Under the pieces are notes generated by a model. That model saw only the letters and a program-made list of their open reading frames with translations. It had not been told where the DNA came from and made no database searches. A stretch of 64,000 nucleotides of DNA. Source: Felis catus (lineage: Eukaryota). Shown piece by piece: positions 13,132 through 26,631 of the stretch. Position 1 is the stretch's first letter, and each line of letters opens with the position of its first letter. The translations under genes were made by a program, and so were the position numbers. The stretch lies in the NCBI RefSeq assembly GCF_018350175.1, contig NC_058368.1, positions 173,912,001 to 173,976,000 of the forward strand, given 5' to 3'.

Positions 13132-13752
13132 TGTAATGCCCGAAGTTCCGAAACCTCCCACAGAAGTCCACCAGAGTCGTAAGTCAAAGCCAAGCGGCAA
13201 GGGTCGTTTATTGCAGGTTCGAACCTGGTCCTCTGCGCACTCGTCGCCGGTGATGCAAGAGGCCACGATCAGGGTTGGTACAGCGTTTTTATAGACAGAG
13301 ACAAATAGCACAGGGGAGGTTTCAAATTATGAGGGGCCTGATTAGTTGATTTTAAAGTAAGGACATTTGTTGTTCTCTGATTGGGCGTCCTTTGTCTGTC
13401 CTTTGGCGGGAAGGCTTTGTCTGTTACTTGTGGCGGGAGGAAAAAAGGGGGAAGGGGGTAGGTGAGGAATGTGCTAAGCAAGCAGGTTTACAGAAGCGAG
13501 AAATGCCGGTTAGTTTATGTACAATCACTCATTCCATTACATATCAGACTACATTTAGGAAGGTTTACAACCCATTCTACTACACAGCGGGTTACATTCA
13601 GGAAAGGCCTCACAATGCTCGTAGCAAACAGCAAGCAAAACAGACTTCTCAGCAATTGTATTTCTTATCAAAGATCCATAATAAGCAGAAAAGAGAACTT
13701 TAGCTTTAAACTAAGGCAGGGCTGTCATTTGGATTTAAAGCTGTTCTTTTCA
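13132..13752 (-). mobile_element. Young gammaretrovirus-like (ERV1) solo LTR
   Basis: Minus strand TGAAAAGAAC...GGCATTACA; 4-bp TSD CAAT at 13128-13131 and 13753-13756; minus-strand CCAAT near 13380, TATAAA near 13290, AATAAA near 13207; CpGs retained. Confidence 0.9.
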
Positions 13753-15359
13753 CAATAAGCCATCTAACGTTTTGAAATAACCACAACAGGGGCACCTGGT
13801 TGGCTCAGTCGGTTGAGCGTCCGACTTCAGCTCAGGTCATGATCTCACAGTCTGTGAGTTCGAGCCCACTTCGGGCTGTGTGGACAGCTCAGAGTCTAGA
13901 GCCTGCTTCGGATTCTGCGTCTCCCTCTGTCTCTGCCCCTCCCCTGCTCATGCTCTGCCTCTCTCTGTCTCAAAAATAAATAAAAACATTAAAAAAAAAT
14001 AGAATGAAATAACCACAACAAAACTACCACTACTATTACCGTGAGCCTTTCTTGATATTCTGTACCAGTCACTTCAAAAAGCACTTTATGTGAATTAGCT
14101 CATTTAATCCTCAGGAGAACTCCTGTGAACCAAATCCTATTATCATCCCCATTTCTCAATGAGAAAACTGAGGCTGTGAGAGTTAAGCCGCTTGCCAGGC
14201 ATCTCTCACAACTATTAAGACCTAGAACAGAGATGAAAATTTCGAAGGAATTTCAAGGCCAATTCTCTTTATGAGGGGGACACATGTTTAGAACTTTTAT
14301 ACAATTCAAAACTTATCCATTCTTGAGTTAACTGATGTCACTGTACATTTGTTTTAATGCTTATTTCTAAAAATCTCTTAGCGTGATTTATACTCTACAG
14401 CAGAGTGTACTCTTCTAAATTGTCAGCTTGCTATATCATGATGATTGGCCTTCCTCATGAGGTTTTTATCATCTCGCAACATTTAGGGGGCATCTTTCAT
14501 AGCTATGTAATCAGAATTATTACCTAACAAAATATTACCTAACAAAGTATTTAAAGGACAGTGTTATGATATTACACCAGAGATGATATTACATTAAAAT
14601 AACAAGTGAATGTAAAGTGGACACGTGAAAAATCTAACTTGGAGAAATTTCCCGAAGCATATAAAAGCTATAGTTTTTCTTTTTGCCAGCTGAAGGATGT
14701 CCAATTTGGCAACTACATAAGTACAGTATACAATTCACCTGGGCTGCTGGTTTTGAAATTACGAAATTCTTGGCAGATTTTTCAAATTGGGGGTGGTGTG
14801 GGGATTGCATTGCTTCTATTTTCTGCATATAGCGAGACTTCATTAATATTTTAACTATGGCACTATTTCAAATGTGTGTCATTTTTTAAAAAGTTTGTTC
14901 ACTTTGAGAGAGAGCGCATGTGAGCGGAGGAGGGGCAGAGAGAGAAAGGGAGAGAGAGAATCCCAAGCAGGCTCTGTGCACTCAGCACAGAGCCTGATGC
15001 TGGGCTCAATCCCATGACCCTGGGATCATGACCTGAACTGAAATCAAGAGTCGGTTGCTTAATGGACTGAGCCACCCAGGCTCCCCAAAACTCACTCTTT
15101 AAAATTTTTTTCTTTTTGGGGCGCCTGGGTGGCGCAGTCGGTTAAGCGTCCGACTTCAGCCAGGTCACGATCTCGCGGTCCGTGAGTTCGAGCCCCGCGT
15201 CGGGCTCTGGGCCGATGGCTCAGAGCCTGGAGCCTGTTTCCAATTCTGTGTCTCCCTCTCTCTCTGCCCCTCCCCTGTTTATGCTCTGTCTCTCTCTGTC
15301 CCAAAAATAAATAAACGTTGAAAAAAAAAATAAAAAAAATAAAATTTTTTTCTTTTTAA

Positions 15360-15495
15360 ACTGAGAATAAACTGAGGGTTGATGGGGGGTGGGAGGGAAA
15401 GGAGGGTGGGTGACGGGCATTGAGGAGGGCACCTGTTGGGATGAGCCCTGGGTGTTGTACGGAAACCAATTTGGCAATAAATTTCATATTAAAAA
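15360..15495 (+). mobile_element. Very short felid L1 3' tail within a SINE cluster (14883-16003)
   Basis: ctgagaataaactgagggttgatgggggg...ggaaaccaatttggcaataaatttcatatt, the same 3'UTR as the L1 at 763-900. Confidence 0.85.
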
Positions 15496-15525
15496 ATTTT
15501 TTTTCTTTTTAAATGTTTATTTATT

Positions 15526-15561
<36 letters not shown>

Positions 15562-15739
15562 AGAGAATGCGAGTGGGGGAAGGGCAGAGAGCAAGGGAGA
15601 CACAGAATCTGAAGCAGGCTCCAGGCTCCGAGTTGTCAGCACAGAGCCCAATGCGGGGCTTGAACTCAGGAACTGTGAGATCGTGACCTGAGCCAAAGTC
15701 AGATGCTTTACTGACTGAGCCACCCAGGTGCCCCAGAAA

Positions 15740-18705
15740 GTCACTCTTTTAAAGTGTACAATTTAGCATTCTTATATTCTTTTTTTTTTTTTAATTTTTT
15801 AACGTTTATTTATTTTTGAGACAGAGAGAGACACAGCATGAACGGGCGAGGGGCAGAGAGAGAGGGAGACACAGAATCGGAAGCAGGCTCCAGGCTCTGA
15901 GCCATCGGCCCAGAGCTCGACGCGGGGCTCGAACTCACGGACCGTGAGATCGTGACCTGAGCCGAAGTCGGATGCTTAACCGACTGAGCCACCCAGGTGC
16001 CCCACATTCTTATGTTCTTTATAGAGCAGTGCTCCATCACTACTATCTCCCAGAATTTTTTTCATCACCCCAAAAGAAATTCTCTTCCTGTTAGTAATCA
16101 TGCCCCATTTCCTTTTTTTCAGTCCTTACTGACTGCTAATTTATTTTGTGTCTCTGTGGATTGGTCTATTGTGGACATTTCATGTAAGTAGAACTACACA
16201 ATATGTGACCTTTTGTGTCTGGCTTTTGTCAGTTAGCATTATGTTTTCAGGGTTCATCCACATTGTAACATGTATCAGTACTTTGCTCCTTTTTATGACT
16301 AAATAATATTCCATCATATTGATACAGCACATTTTGTTTTTCTGTTCCTCAATGATAGACATTTGGGTTGCTTCTATTCTATTTCTTCTTGAGTCAATTT
16401 TGGTAGTTTTTCCATTTTGTTTCATCTAGGTTGACATGACTTATTGACATACATAGTATTTCCTTATAATTCATTTTATTTCTGCGAGGTCAGTAATGAT
16501 GTCCCCTCTTTAGTAATTTGAGTTTTCTTTCTCTCTTTTTCTTGGTCAGCTAGCTTTACTTGTCAATTTTATTGGTCTTTGCAAAGAACCAACTTTTAGT
16601 CTCATTGATTTGCTCTATGTTTTCTATTCTCTATTTCATTTATTTTTTGCTCTAATTATTATTTATTTCCTTCTGCTTGCCTTAGGTTTAGTTTGCTCTT
16701 CTTTTTCTAGTATTTTACGGTAGAAAGTTAGTTGAGGTTTTTCTTATTTTTAAATATATATATTTATAGCTATATAAATTTCCCTGTAAGCAATGCCTTA
16801 GAGGGAATGTATGGCATAGATTTTGGCATGTTGTGTTTTAATTTTCATTTATAGCTAAGTATTTTCTAATTTCCCTTGTGACTTCTTCTTTGACCCATTG
16901 AGGTTTTTTTTTAAGGAGTGTGTTGTTTAATTTTCGCTTACTTGTGAATCCCAATTTTTCCCCTGTATTTCTAATTTTATTCCATTGTAGTCAGAGAACA
17001 TACTTTTAAATTTGTTCAGACTTGTTTTATGGCCCAACATATTTTTTTTTTATCCTGGGTAATATACCATGTGCACTTGAGAAGATTATGTAATCTACTG
17101 TTATTGGATGAATGTTCTCTATGGATACCTGTTAGATATATTAGCTTATACTGTTGTTCAAGTGTTCTATTTCTCTGTTGATCTTCTATCTAGATGTTCT
17201 ATTATTCAAAGTGGAGTATCAAAGTTTCCAACTATACATTCAATTATCTGTTTATCTCTTCAGTTCTTTCAGTTTTTACATTATGTATTTGGCCAATAAT
17301 CCTCTTTTGTTTTTAATGAACTTACCTGTACTGTAAATTTGTGGTAATGAACAGACTGATGTTATTTTGAGGTTATGTTGTTCTTACTTTTTGATAGTCA
17401 TCAATCCTTTCTTCAACAAAATGATGAGAATAGTAAGTGGTGACAGTATATTTATATTAAGTGTCCTCAACTTGGCAAAATGCAAGTTGACATCCCTATG
17501 CCTGTGCTCTTCCTTTTTTTACTTTGTTTTTAAATTTACAGTAGAGTAGCTTTTTAAAAACGTACAGTACTATCAGTTTTAATACATGAACAGATCCCTG
17601 AAACCACCATTGTAATCAGAATCAGAACAGTCCTATCACTTTTTTTATGGGTTGAATTATATCCTTCCCTCTGCAACCCTCACAAAGATATGTTGAAGTC
17701 CTAACTTCCAGTACTTGTGATTGTGACCTTATCTGGAGTCTTTGGAGATGTAATCAAGTTAAGATGAGGCCATCAGGATGGGCTCAAATCCAATATAACT
17801 GGTGTCTTTAAAAAAAGAGGAAAACACCAGGGTCATGTGAAGAAAGAAGCAGATATTGGAGTTATGCTGTCACAAGCCAAGGGATGCAAGGATGGGACTA
17901 CTAGGAACTGGAAGAGATAAGTAAGGTCCTCTCCTATTGGTTTCAGAAAGGAGCATCATCATGGTAATACCTTGCTTTCAGATTTCTAACCTTCAGAACT
18001 GTGAGAGAATAAATTTTGGTTGCTTTAAGACAACCAATTTGTGGTACTGTGTTGTCAGCCCTAGGAAACTAACACATGCCCCCAAACACTCCATTATGGA
18101 CTTCTTTATGGAGATAACCTCCCCTGATGCCAACCTGGCCACCACTGAAGTGATATCACCAGTAGTTTGTCTTATCACATATGTCATATAAATAGAATCA
18201 TGTTGTTTATAACCTTTTGAGATGGGCTTTCAAATAGCATACCTTTGCGATTTATCTAGGCACTATTGATACATACCGAGTTATATTCCATCGTGTGAAT
18301 GTACCAGTTTATTCATTCACCTAATTGAAGGGCATTTGGATTGTTTTCAATTTGGGCAATTATGAATACAGCTGCCTAAACTTTTTTTGGGAAACATTAG
18401 TTTTCATTTCTCTAGGGTAAATGCCCAAGAGTGGGATTGCTGGTTCATATGGTAAGAATATTTTTAGATTTATAAGAAACTGCCAAACTGTTTTCTAGAT
18501 TGACTGTGTCATTTTGTATTCCCACCTGCAATGTATGATGGTTTGACCTGCTCTCCTTTGCATCATTGTCAGCACCTGGAATTATAAGTACTTTTTATTT
18601 TAGCCGTTCAAATAAATGTGCAATGGTGTGTATCATGGTTTTTTCCTAAGTTTATTCATTTTCTTTTGAGAGAGGGAGAGAGAGTGCATGTGTAAGTGGG
18701 GGAGG

Positions 18706-18759
<54 letters not shown>

Positions 18760-21380
18760 CCCAAGCAGGCTCTGTGCTGTCAGTGTGGAACCCAGTGTGG
18801 GGCTTGATCTCATTCTCATGAGCCCAAGATCCTGGTCTCAGCTGAAAATAAGAGTAGGATGCTTAACCGACTGAGCCACCCAGGTTCCCCAACATCATGG
18901 TTTTAAATTGCTTTCCCCTTAATGGCATATGATGTTGAGTGTCTTTTCATATGCTTATTTTCTATTTGTATATCCTATTTAGTTAAGTATGTGTTCAAGT
19001 GTTTTGCCCATTTTTAAGTTGAGTTGTTTTTGTTTTGTATTGGGACTTCTTTATATATTCTGGGCATAAGTCCATTCTTTTTGAGTATGTTATTTGCAAA
19101 TACTTTCTCCCACTCTGTAGCTTCTCTTTTAATTTTAAACAGTATTTTTATAAAACAAATACTTTTAATTTTAATGAAGTCCAATTTGTCAACTTAGTCT
19201 TTTGTGAATTGTATTTTTGGAGTTAAAACCAAGAATTATTTGTCTAATCCTACCTCATGAAGATTTTCTCCTATGTTTCATTCTGGAAGTCTTATAGTTT
19301 TAGGTCTATGATCCCTTTTGATTTACTTTAGTATCAGGGGTAAGGTTTAGGTTGATGTTCTTTTTTTTATATATATAATATAAATGTCCAATTGTTCTAA
19401 TGCCATTTGTTGAAAGAAGTATCCTTTCATCTTTAATCGCCTTTGTGTCTTTTCAAAAATCAGCTTGCCATATTTGTGTGAGCCTATGTCTGAAAATATG
19501 CTACCAGAAAGGCCATATATTGTATGATTCTATCTGTGTGTACTCCCTTGCCAGTACCATTCTGTCTTGATTACTGTAACTGTATCATAAGTCTTTTTTT
19601 TTTTTTAATTTTTTTTCAACGTTTATTTATTTTTGGGACAGAGAGAGACAGAGCATGAATGGGGGAGGGGCAGAGAGAGAGAGAGGGAGACACAGAATTG
19701 GAAACAGGCTCCAGGCTCTGAGCCATCAGCCCAGAGCCCGACGCGGAGCTCGAACTCATGGACCGCAAGATCGTAACCTGGCTGAAGTCGGACGCTTAAC
19801 CTACTGCGCCACCCAGGCGCCCCTGTATCATAAGTCTTAATATTGGATAATGTGGTTCTTCCAACTGTATACTTGTTTATCAAAATTATTTTGTTTTTTC
19901 CTACTTCCTATGCCCTTCCAATTAAATTTTAGAATCACTTGTTTATATCTACAGAAAAAATCCTGATGGGATTTTGATGGGAATTCTGTTAAATTTATAG
20001 GTCAGCTTGGGAGAATTGATATCTTTATTATGTTCAGTTTTACAATCCATGCATATAGTATGCCTCTCCATTTATGTAGGTTTTTAATTTATTTCATCAG
20101 CATTTTGTAGTTTTATCTTGAACATATTTTGTTAGTTTATACCTAATTATTTCATGTCAGGGAGGTTTTATAATGATATTTAAAGGAATTTTATTTTGTA
20201 ATTACTCAATGCCAATATATAAAATGTAACTGATTTCATTGATTTATTTAATTTATTTTTTTTAAGTAATCTTTACACCCAACATGGGGTTCGAACTCAC
20301 AACCTGGAGATCAAGAGTCACATGCTCACCAACTGAGCCAGCCATGCAACCCAAGATATAACTGATTTTATTGTGTTTACTAGATATTTACATGCAAAAT
20401 AATGGATTTGGACCCCTATCTCATATCACACACAAAAATTAACTCAAAATGGATCAAAGACCTAAATAAGATAGCTAGAACTATGTAAGTCTTAGAAGAA
20501 AGTATCTTCATGACCTTGGGTTAGTTTTTTTAGGCATGACACTAAATTCACAAGCAACTAAAGAAAACAAGATATGTTGGACTTTATTTATATCTGATAA
20601 GGGCATAATATCTAGAAAAACCAATTGCAGCATCTTTTGTGCTTCAGTAGACACAAATAAGAAAGTGAAATGAAAACCCACAGAATGGGAGAAAATATTT
20701 ACAAATATGCAATCGAACATATGTCTCCAGAAAAATGAATGCTCATAGTAGCATTATTTATAATAGTCAAAAAGTGAATGGGGAGCCTATTTGGCTCAGT
20801 GGTTAAGTGTCCCCAGGTCATGATCTTGTGGTTCGTGAGTTCCAGCCCCACATTAGGCTCCATGCTGGTAGTGTGGGCCCTTCTTGAAATTCTCTCTCTC
20901 TGCCCCTCCTCTGCTGTCTCTCTCTTTCTCAAAATAAATAAATAAACTTAAAAAAAAGTGAAAATAACTCAAATGTCCATCAACTGATGATTACATAAAT
21001 AAAATGTGGAATATCCATGGGATACAGTGGAATATTATTTAGCCATAAAAGGAAATAAGTACTGATACCTGCTACAACATTGATGAACCCTGAAAACATT
21101 GTCAGGAGAAAGAAAGCTGCATATTGTGTGATTCCATTTACATGAAATGTCCAGTTAAGGCAAATCCAGAGAGACCTAAAGTAAATTAGTGGTTGTTGGG
21201 AGGAGGGAATGAGGAGTGACTCTGTGTAGGTAAATGGTTACTTGTTGGGGTGATTTCTGAAAGTATTCTGAAATTAGATAGTGGTGATGGTTGTACAACT
21301 TTTTGAACATATTAAAAGCACTAAATTACATACTTTAGAAGGTGAATTTTATGTTATATGAGTTATATTTAAATAAAAGA
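15740..21380. mobile_element. Mosaic of old L1M fragments (mostly minus; plus at 20380-21380) with an MLT LTR (about 17645-18075) and SINEs
   Basis: L1 3'UTR and ORF2 motifs; MaLR hallmark aactgtgagagaataaattttggttgctttaagacaacc. Confidence 0.75.
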
Positions 21381-21567
21381 TCATGTCACTTCAAAAACAT
21401 GTTTTAAGGTAAAATATATTTGACAAGACAAAGGTGAGAGTGTGCTGCATGCTGGGATTTTCAGTGTGTTGGGGGCACAGTGTGGCTTTGCAGTCCTCTG
21501 CCTCACTTTTGGGCACATGTATTCACATGGAGGCAGCAGGAGAACAGGCTGTGAACCACAGTGATTT

Positions 21568-22215
21568 TTTTTCATTCTTTTCTTTTTTTTTAATTTTCTT
21601 TTTTCTTTTTTAAAATTTACATCCAAATTAGTTAGCATATAGTGCAACAATGATTTCAGGAGTAGATTCCTTAATGCCCCTTACCCATTTAGCCAATCCC
21701 CCTTCCCACAACCCCTCCAGCAACCCTCAGTTTGTTCTCCATATTTATGAGTCTCTTCTGTTTTGTCCCCCTCCCTGTTTTTATATTATTTTTGTTTCCC
21801 TTCCCTTATGTTCATCTGTTTTGTCTCTTAAAGTCCTCATATGAGTGGTCTATGATTTTTGTCTTTCTCTGACTAATTTCACTTAGCATAATACCCTCCA
21901 GTTCCATCCACGTAGTTGCAAATGGCAAGATTTCATTCTTTTTGATTGCCGAGTAATACTCCATTGTACATATATACCACATCTTCTTTATCCATTCATC
22001 CATCGATGGACATTTGGGCTCTTTCCATACTTTGGCTATTGTTGATAGTGCTGCTATAAATATGGGGGTGCATGTGTCTCTTCGAAGCAGCACACCTGTA
22101 TCCCATGGATAAATGCCTAGTAGTGCAATTGCTGGGTTGTAGGTAGTTCTATTTTTAGTTTTTTGAGGAACCTCCAAACTGTTTTCCAGAGTGGCTGCAC
22201 CAGCTTGAATTCCCA
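21568..22215 (-). mobile_element. 5'-truncated carnivore L1 3' end inserted in the 5'UTR of the THOC3 duplicate
   Basis: ORF 21812..22216 gives the L1 ORF2 C-terminus; TSD CACAGTGATTT at 21557-21567 and 22216-22226. Confidence 0.9.
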
Positions 22216-22241
22216 CACAGTGATTTAAAAAAAATGTTTCA

Positions 22242-22713
22242 GGGCGCCTGGGTGGCGCAGCCGGTTAAGCGTCCGACTTCAGCCAGGTCACGATCTCACG
22301 GTCCGTGAGTTCAAGCCCCACGTCAGGCTCTGGGCTGATGGCTCAGAGCCTGGAGCCTGTTTCCGATTCTGTGTCTCCCTCTCTCTCTGCCCCTCCCCCG
22401 TTCATGCTCTGTCTCTCTCTGTCCCAAAAAAATAAATAAATAAATGTTGAAAAAAAAAATTAAAAAAAAATCTCCTTTAAAAAAAAAATAAATAAAATGT
22501 TTCAATAAATAAAATATTTATTTATTTTGAGAGAGAGTGAGTGTGTATGAGTGGAGGAGGGACAGGGAGAGAAAGGGAGAGAGAGAATCCCAAGCAGACT
22601 CCATGCTGTCAGCACAGAGCCCAGTGCAGGGCTCTATCCCACAACTGTGAGATCATGACCTGAGCCAAAACCAAGAGTTGCATACTTAACTGACTGAGCC
22701 ACCCAGGCGTCCC
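22242..22713. mobile_element. Two nested CAN-SINEs (+ 22242-22493 inside the tail of - about 22500-22713)
   Basis: SINE consensus sequence; TSD AAAATGTTTCA at 22231 and 22494; TSD CACAGTGATTT at 22216 and 22715. Confidence 0.9.
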
Positions 22714-22744
22714 CCACAGTGATTTTGTTGACCACGTGCTCCTT

Positions 22745-22987
22745 GTGGTGGTACTGGTGGCAATGGAATTCTGTCTCTGGGCCAGAGCAGTCCAGGTTCA
22801 ATGGCCTCCTGGAATTCAGTGACTTCCAGCCTGTTCTGCTAAATGTTTAGGATTCTGGAGCTGTTCTGGGTGTATAGCAAGGCATGAGCGTCCCTGGCAT
22901 ACGGTATATGTGCTGGCATGAACCCGTCTGGCCTTGGGGTCCTTGGACAAAATGGCCTGTGTCTTCTTGCTGGACAAGGACTTGTTG
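22745..22987 (+). pseudogene. THOC3 duplicate, decayed exon 1
   Basis: LGQSSPGSMASWNSVTSSLFC*MFRILELFWVYSKA*...ALGSLDKMACVFLLDKDLL aligns to exon 1 at 59894-60160. Stops at 22840 and 22885. Donor TTG|GTGAGCTGTCAGGG is identical to 60158-60174. Confidence 0.93.
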
Positions 22988-24849
22988 GTGAGCTGTCAGG
23001 GCTCAACCCAAGCCAGAGAGAAGGGAGATGGAGAAGTGTAGTGTGCTGGTAAGGAGAGAATGGTGGTACAGAAGAAGATGGGATGAAGAAGGGAGCAGGA
23101 ATGAGGAAAGGGGAGGAGAAGGGGTGAGGAGAGAGAGGGTGTAGGGATGAGGAGAGGGGAGGGGATAGAGAGTGGTGGTGAGAAGAAGGATGGGGGCAAA
23201 TAAGAGGGCGGGACTGAGAGGAGGTAGAGGAGTGTGTGACAAATGCAGTTAGAGTAGGGGTATATTTTCACACTTACTGGGAAACGTATAGCCAGGTCAT
23301 TGCATTTATTAGTGAAGATTAGCTAAAATTTTTAAGTAAAAAATTTAAAAATTATTGAATGAAGAGGGACGCCTGGCTGGCTCAGTTATAGAGCATGCAA
23401 CTCTTCATCTCAAGGTTGTTAAGTTCAAGGCCCACATTGTGTGTGGAGCCTACTTTAAAAGAATTACTGAATAAAGAAAAGTGTAGCTGATGGTGGTTAG
23501 GGCAAAAATTCTGAAGATGATGTGTGAATGATTAATGCCTGTGTAAAAGATAGAATAAGTGGTTTTGGGGTCAGACCTCATTACATATTTTTGCTCTTCC
23601 ACTTAACAGCTTTGACACTTTGGCTGGTCTCTCATATCTTCCATTTTCCTATTTGTAAAATGGGGTTAAATATATGTCTGGGATTTATTGTAAGGACTAA
23701 AGGGAAAATTTGTAGGTGAATGTGCTGGACTCTTGTGATCCATAAATGGTAGTTCCCTTCTACTGACTAGGACCATCTTGGATGAATCTTTGAAGAAGAT
23801 AGCTCTAGTCCTTTTCCTAGGATAGCAAAGTCAACTTCATTTAATCTACACATTTCTCCTCTGTTGCTTTATTTTCCTTATAATGTACCTTTTGAAAAAT
23901 CCAGACCATTTGACCTATAGAGCTCTCACTTCCTGCTGGCTTGCATTTGATTCTATCTTATGCAAAGTGAAGGATCCTCTTGGCTGGTCCTGGGGGACCC
24001 CCTCTGGGTCTTTGGACCTGACCTGCCTATGTCAGAAACATTGAACATTTTAATATACTTTTCTATGCATGTATTTTTTTTAATTTTTTTAACCTTTATT
24101 TATTTTTGAGACAGAGGGAGACAGAGCATGAATGGGGGAGGGTCAGAGAGAAGGAGACACAGAATCTGAAACAGGCTCCAGGCTCTGAGCGGTCAGCACA
24201 GAGCCCGATGCAGGGCTCGAACTCACGGACTGCGAGATCACGACCTGAGCCGAAGTCGGACGCTTAACCGACTGAGCCACCCAGGTGCCCCAATGCATGT
24301 ATTTTTTTAATGTTTGTTTATTTTGAGAGAGAGAGCATGTGAGCAGGGGAGGGACAGAGAGAAAGATGGAGAGAGAGAATCCCAAGGAGGCTCCACACTC
24401 GGTGCAGAGACCAACGCAGAGCTTGAACCTATGAATAGTGTGAGATCTGAGCTGAAACCAAGAGTTGGATGCTTAACCAACTGAGCCACCCAGGTGCCCC
24501 TGTATATGTATTTTTGATGTAGTTAGGATCATATAGTAGATATAATTTTATGTACTGCATTTTTAAGTTAATAACACACTCTAAATATTTTCTACTTTAA
24601 TCTTAATCATAATCCTGATATTGATAAATAGACAGCTGAAGAAATAATAGCTTGAAGAAAAATCATGTATTATTTCGATGAATGAGAGAAATAAAATATC
24701 GGTTAAAAAAATGAACCTATCTATTTGCAAGGCAGTGTGATTTAGTGGAAAGAATTAAATCGTTGGGGGCAGATGGAACTTATTTCAGAGTGCTGACTCC
24801 ACTAGAAAGCATGACTTTAGTTAAGTCGCCTATTTATAGTGAGGTTGAA

Positions 24850-26630
24850 ATTAATGTTTTACCAAACACTAATTAAAGAAGGCCTGAATAAATATGGAAA
24901 CATATTGCGTTCATGCTGGAAGACTCAATATTGTTAATTCTCCCTAACTTGACCTAAAGAATTAAAGCAATCTCAATGTCCCAGAAAGCTTCTATAGAGT
25001 GAATATGCTTCCCACTCCCCCACAATTCATATGTTGAAACCTCATCCTCAGTGTGATAATATTTGGCAGTGAGGCCTTTGGGAAGTGATTAGGTCATTAG
25101 TGTGGAGCTCTCATGAATGGGATTGGTGCCCTTACAAAAGAGACTCCAGAGGGCTCCCTTGCCTCTTCTGCCATGTGAGGATACAGCAAGGATATAGCCA
25201 TCTGTGAAACTGGAAGCAGCTCTCACCAGACATTGAATCTGTAGGTGTCTTGATTGGACTTCCCAGCCTCCAGAAATGAGAGAAATAAATTTCCGTTGTT
25301 TATAAGTCACCCAGTCTGTGATGATCTGCTAAAGCAGCCTGGAAGGACTAAGATAGCTTCTTTGTAGATATAGCTGATTCTAAAATTTATATGGAAAGGA
25401 ACTTGAAAGCCAAAACAGCTTTGAAAAAAGAACACAATTGAAGGATTTCACTACCTGTTTTTAAGATACACCGTAAGGCAACCAGTATGATATTGGTGAA
25501 AGGAAAGTCACATAGACAAATGAAATATATATGCAATATGAAATCATAAATAGGGTCAACTGGTTTTTGACAAAAATAGACCCTCATAAAGAGGATCAAT
25601 TGATTTTGATAAAAGTACAATAGCAGTCCAATGGACAAAGGATAGACAGTCTTTAGCAAATGGTGCTGGACCATTCACATGCAGAAAAGTAAGCCTTGAC
25701 CTACACCTTATGTTGCATACAAAAATTAACTTGAATTGAATGATAGACCTAAGTGTAAGACCTAAAACTATAAAATTCTTAGAAAGCAACAGGAAAATCT
25801 TTTTCCTGTTGAGTTAGGTAACTATCTCTTAGATATGACAACACAAGCTTGATCCATAAAGAAGAGCTGATAGAGGGGCGCCTGGGTGACTCAGTCGGTT
25901 AGGCGGCCGACTTTGGCTCAGGTCATGATCTCACAGTCCGTGAGTTCGAGCCCTGCGTCGGGCTCTGTGCTGACGGCTCAGAGCCTGGAGCCTGTTTCAG
26001 ATTCTGTGTCTCCCTCTCTCTGACCCTCCCCCGTTCATGCTCTGTCTCTCTCTGTCTCAAAAATAGATAAACGTTAAAAAAAAATTAAAAAAAAAAAGAA
26101 AAGCTGATAGATTGGACCCCGTGAAAATGGAAAACTTTTGCTTTGCAAATAACACTGTTAAGAGAATAGAAACCCAGTCCCATACTGGGAGAAAATATTT
26201 GCAAACACACATAAGAAAAATCATTTATATCTAAAATACTTAACTCTCAAAACTCAATAAAACTTAACCATATCGATTTAAAAAGCAGACAAAAGATTTG
26301 AACAGACTTTTCACCATAGAGGATATAAAGATGGCAAATAAGGGGCGCCTGGGTGGCGCAGTCAGTTAAGCGTCCGACTTCAGCCAGGTCACGATCTCGC
26401 GGTCTGTGAGTTCGAGCCCCGCGTCGGGCTCTGGGCTGATGGCTCAGAGCCTGGAGCCTGTTTCTGATTCTGTGTCTCCCTCTCTCTCTGCCCCTCCCCC
26501 GTTCATGCTCTGTCTCTCTCTGTCCCAAAAATAAATAAACGTTGAAAAAAAAATTAAAAAAAAAAAGATGGCAAGTAAGCAACTGAAAGATGCTCAACAT
26601 CATTAGTAATAATTAAGACTATGACGAAAT
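24850..26630 (+). mobile_element. Old L1 ORF2 3' region with a MaLR LTR (about 24990-25355) and two SINEs (25875-26100, 26342-26566)
   Basis: L1 motifs (gacctaagtgtaagacctaaaactataaaattcttag); MaLR motifs (aattcatatgttgaaacctcatcc, agaaataaatttccgttgtttataagtcacccag). Confidence 0.75.
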
Positions 26631-26631
26631 T

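Noticed and set aside
14770..14800. Minus-strand peptide HPQFEK resembling Strep-tag II
   Set aside because: Six-residue coincidence in native genomic context; no vector sequence
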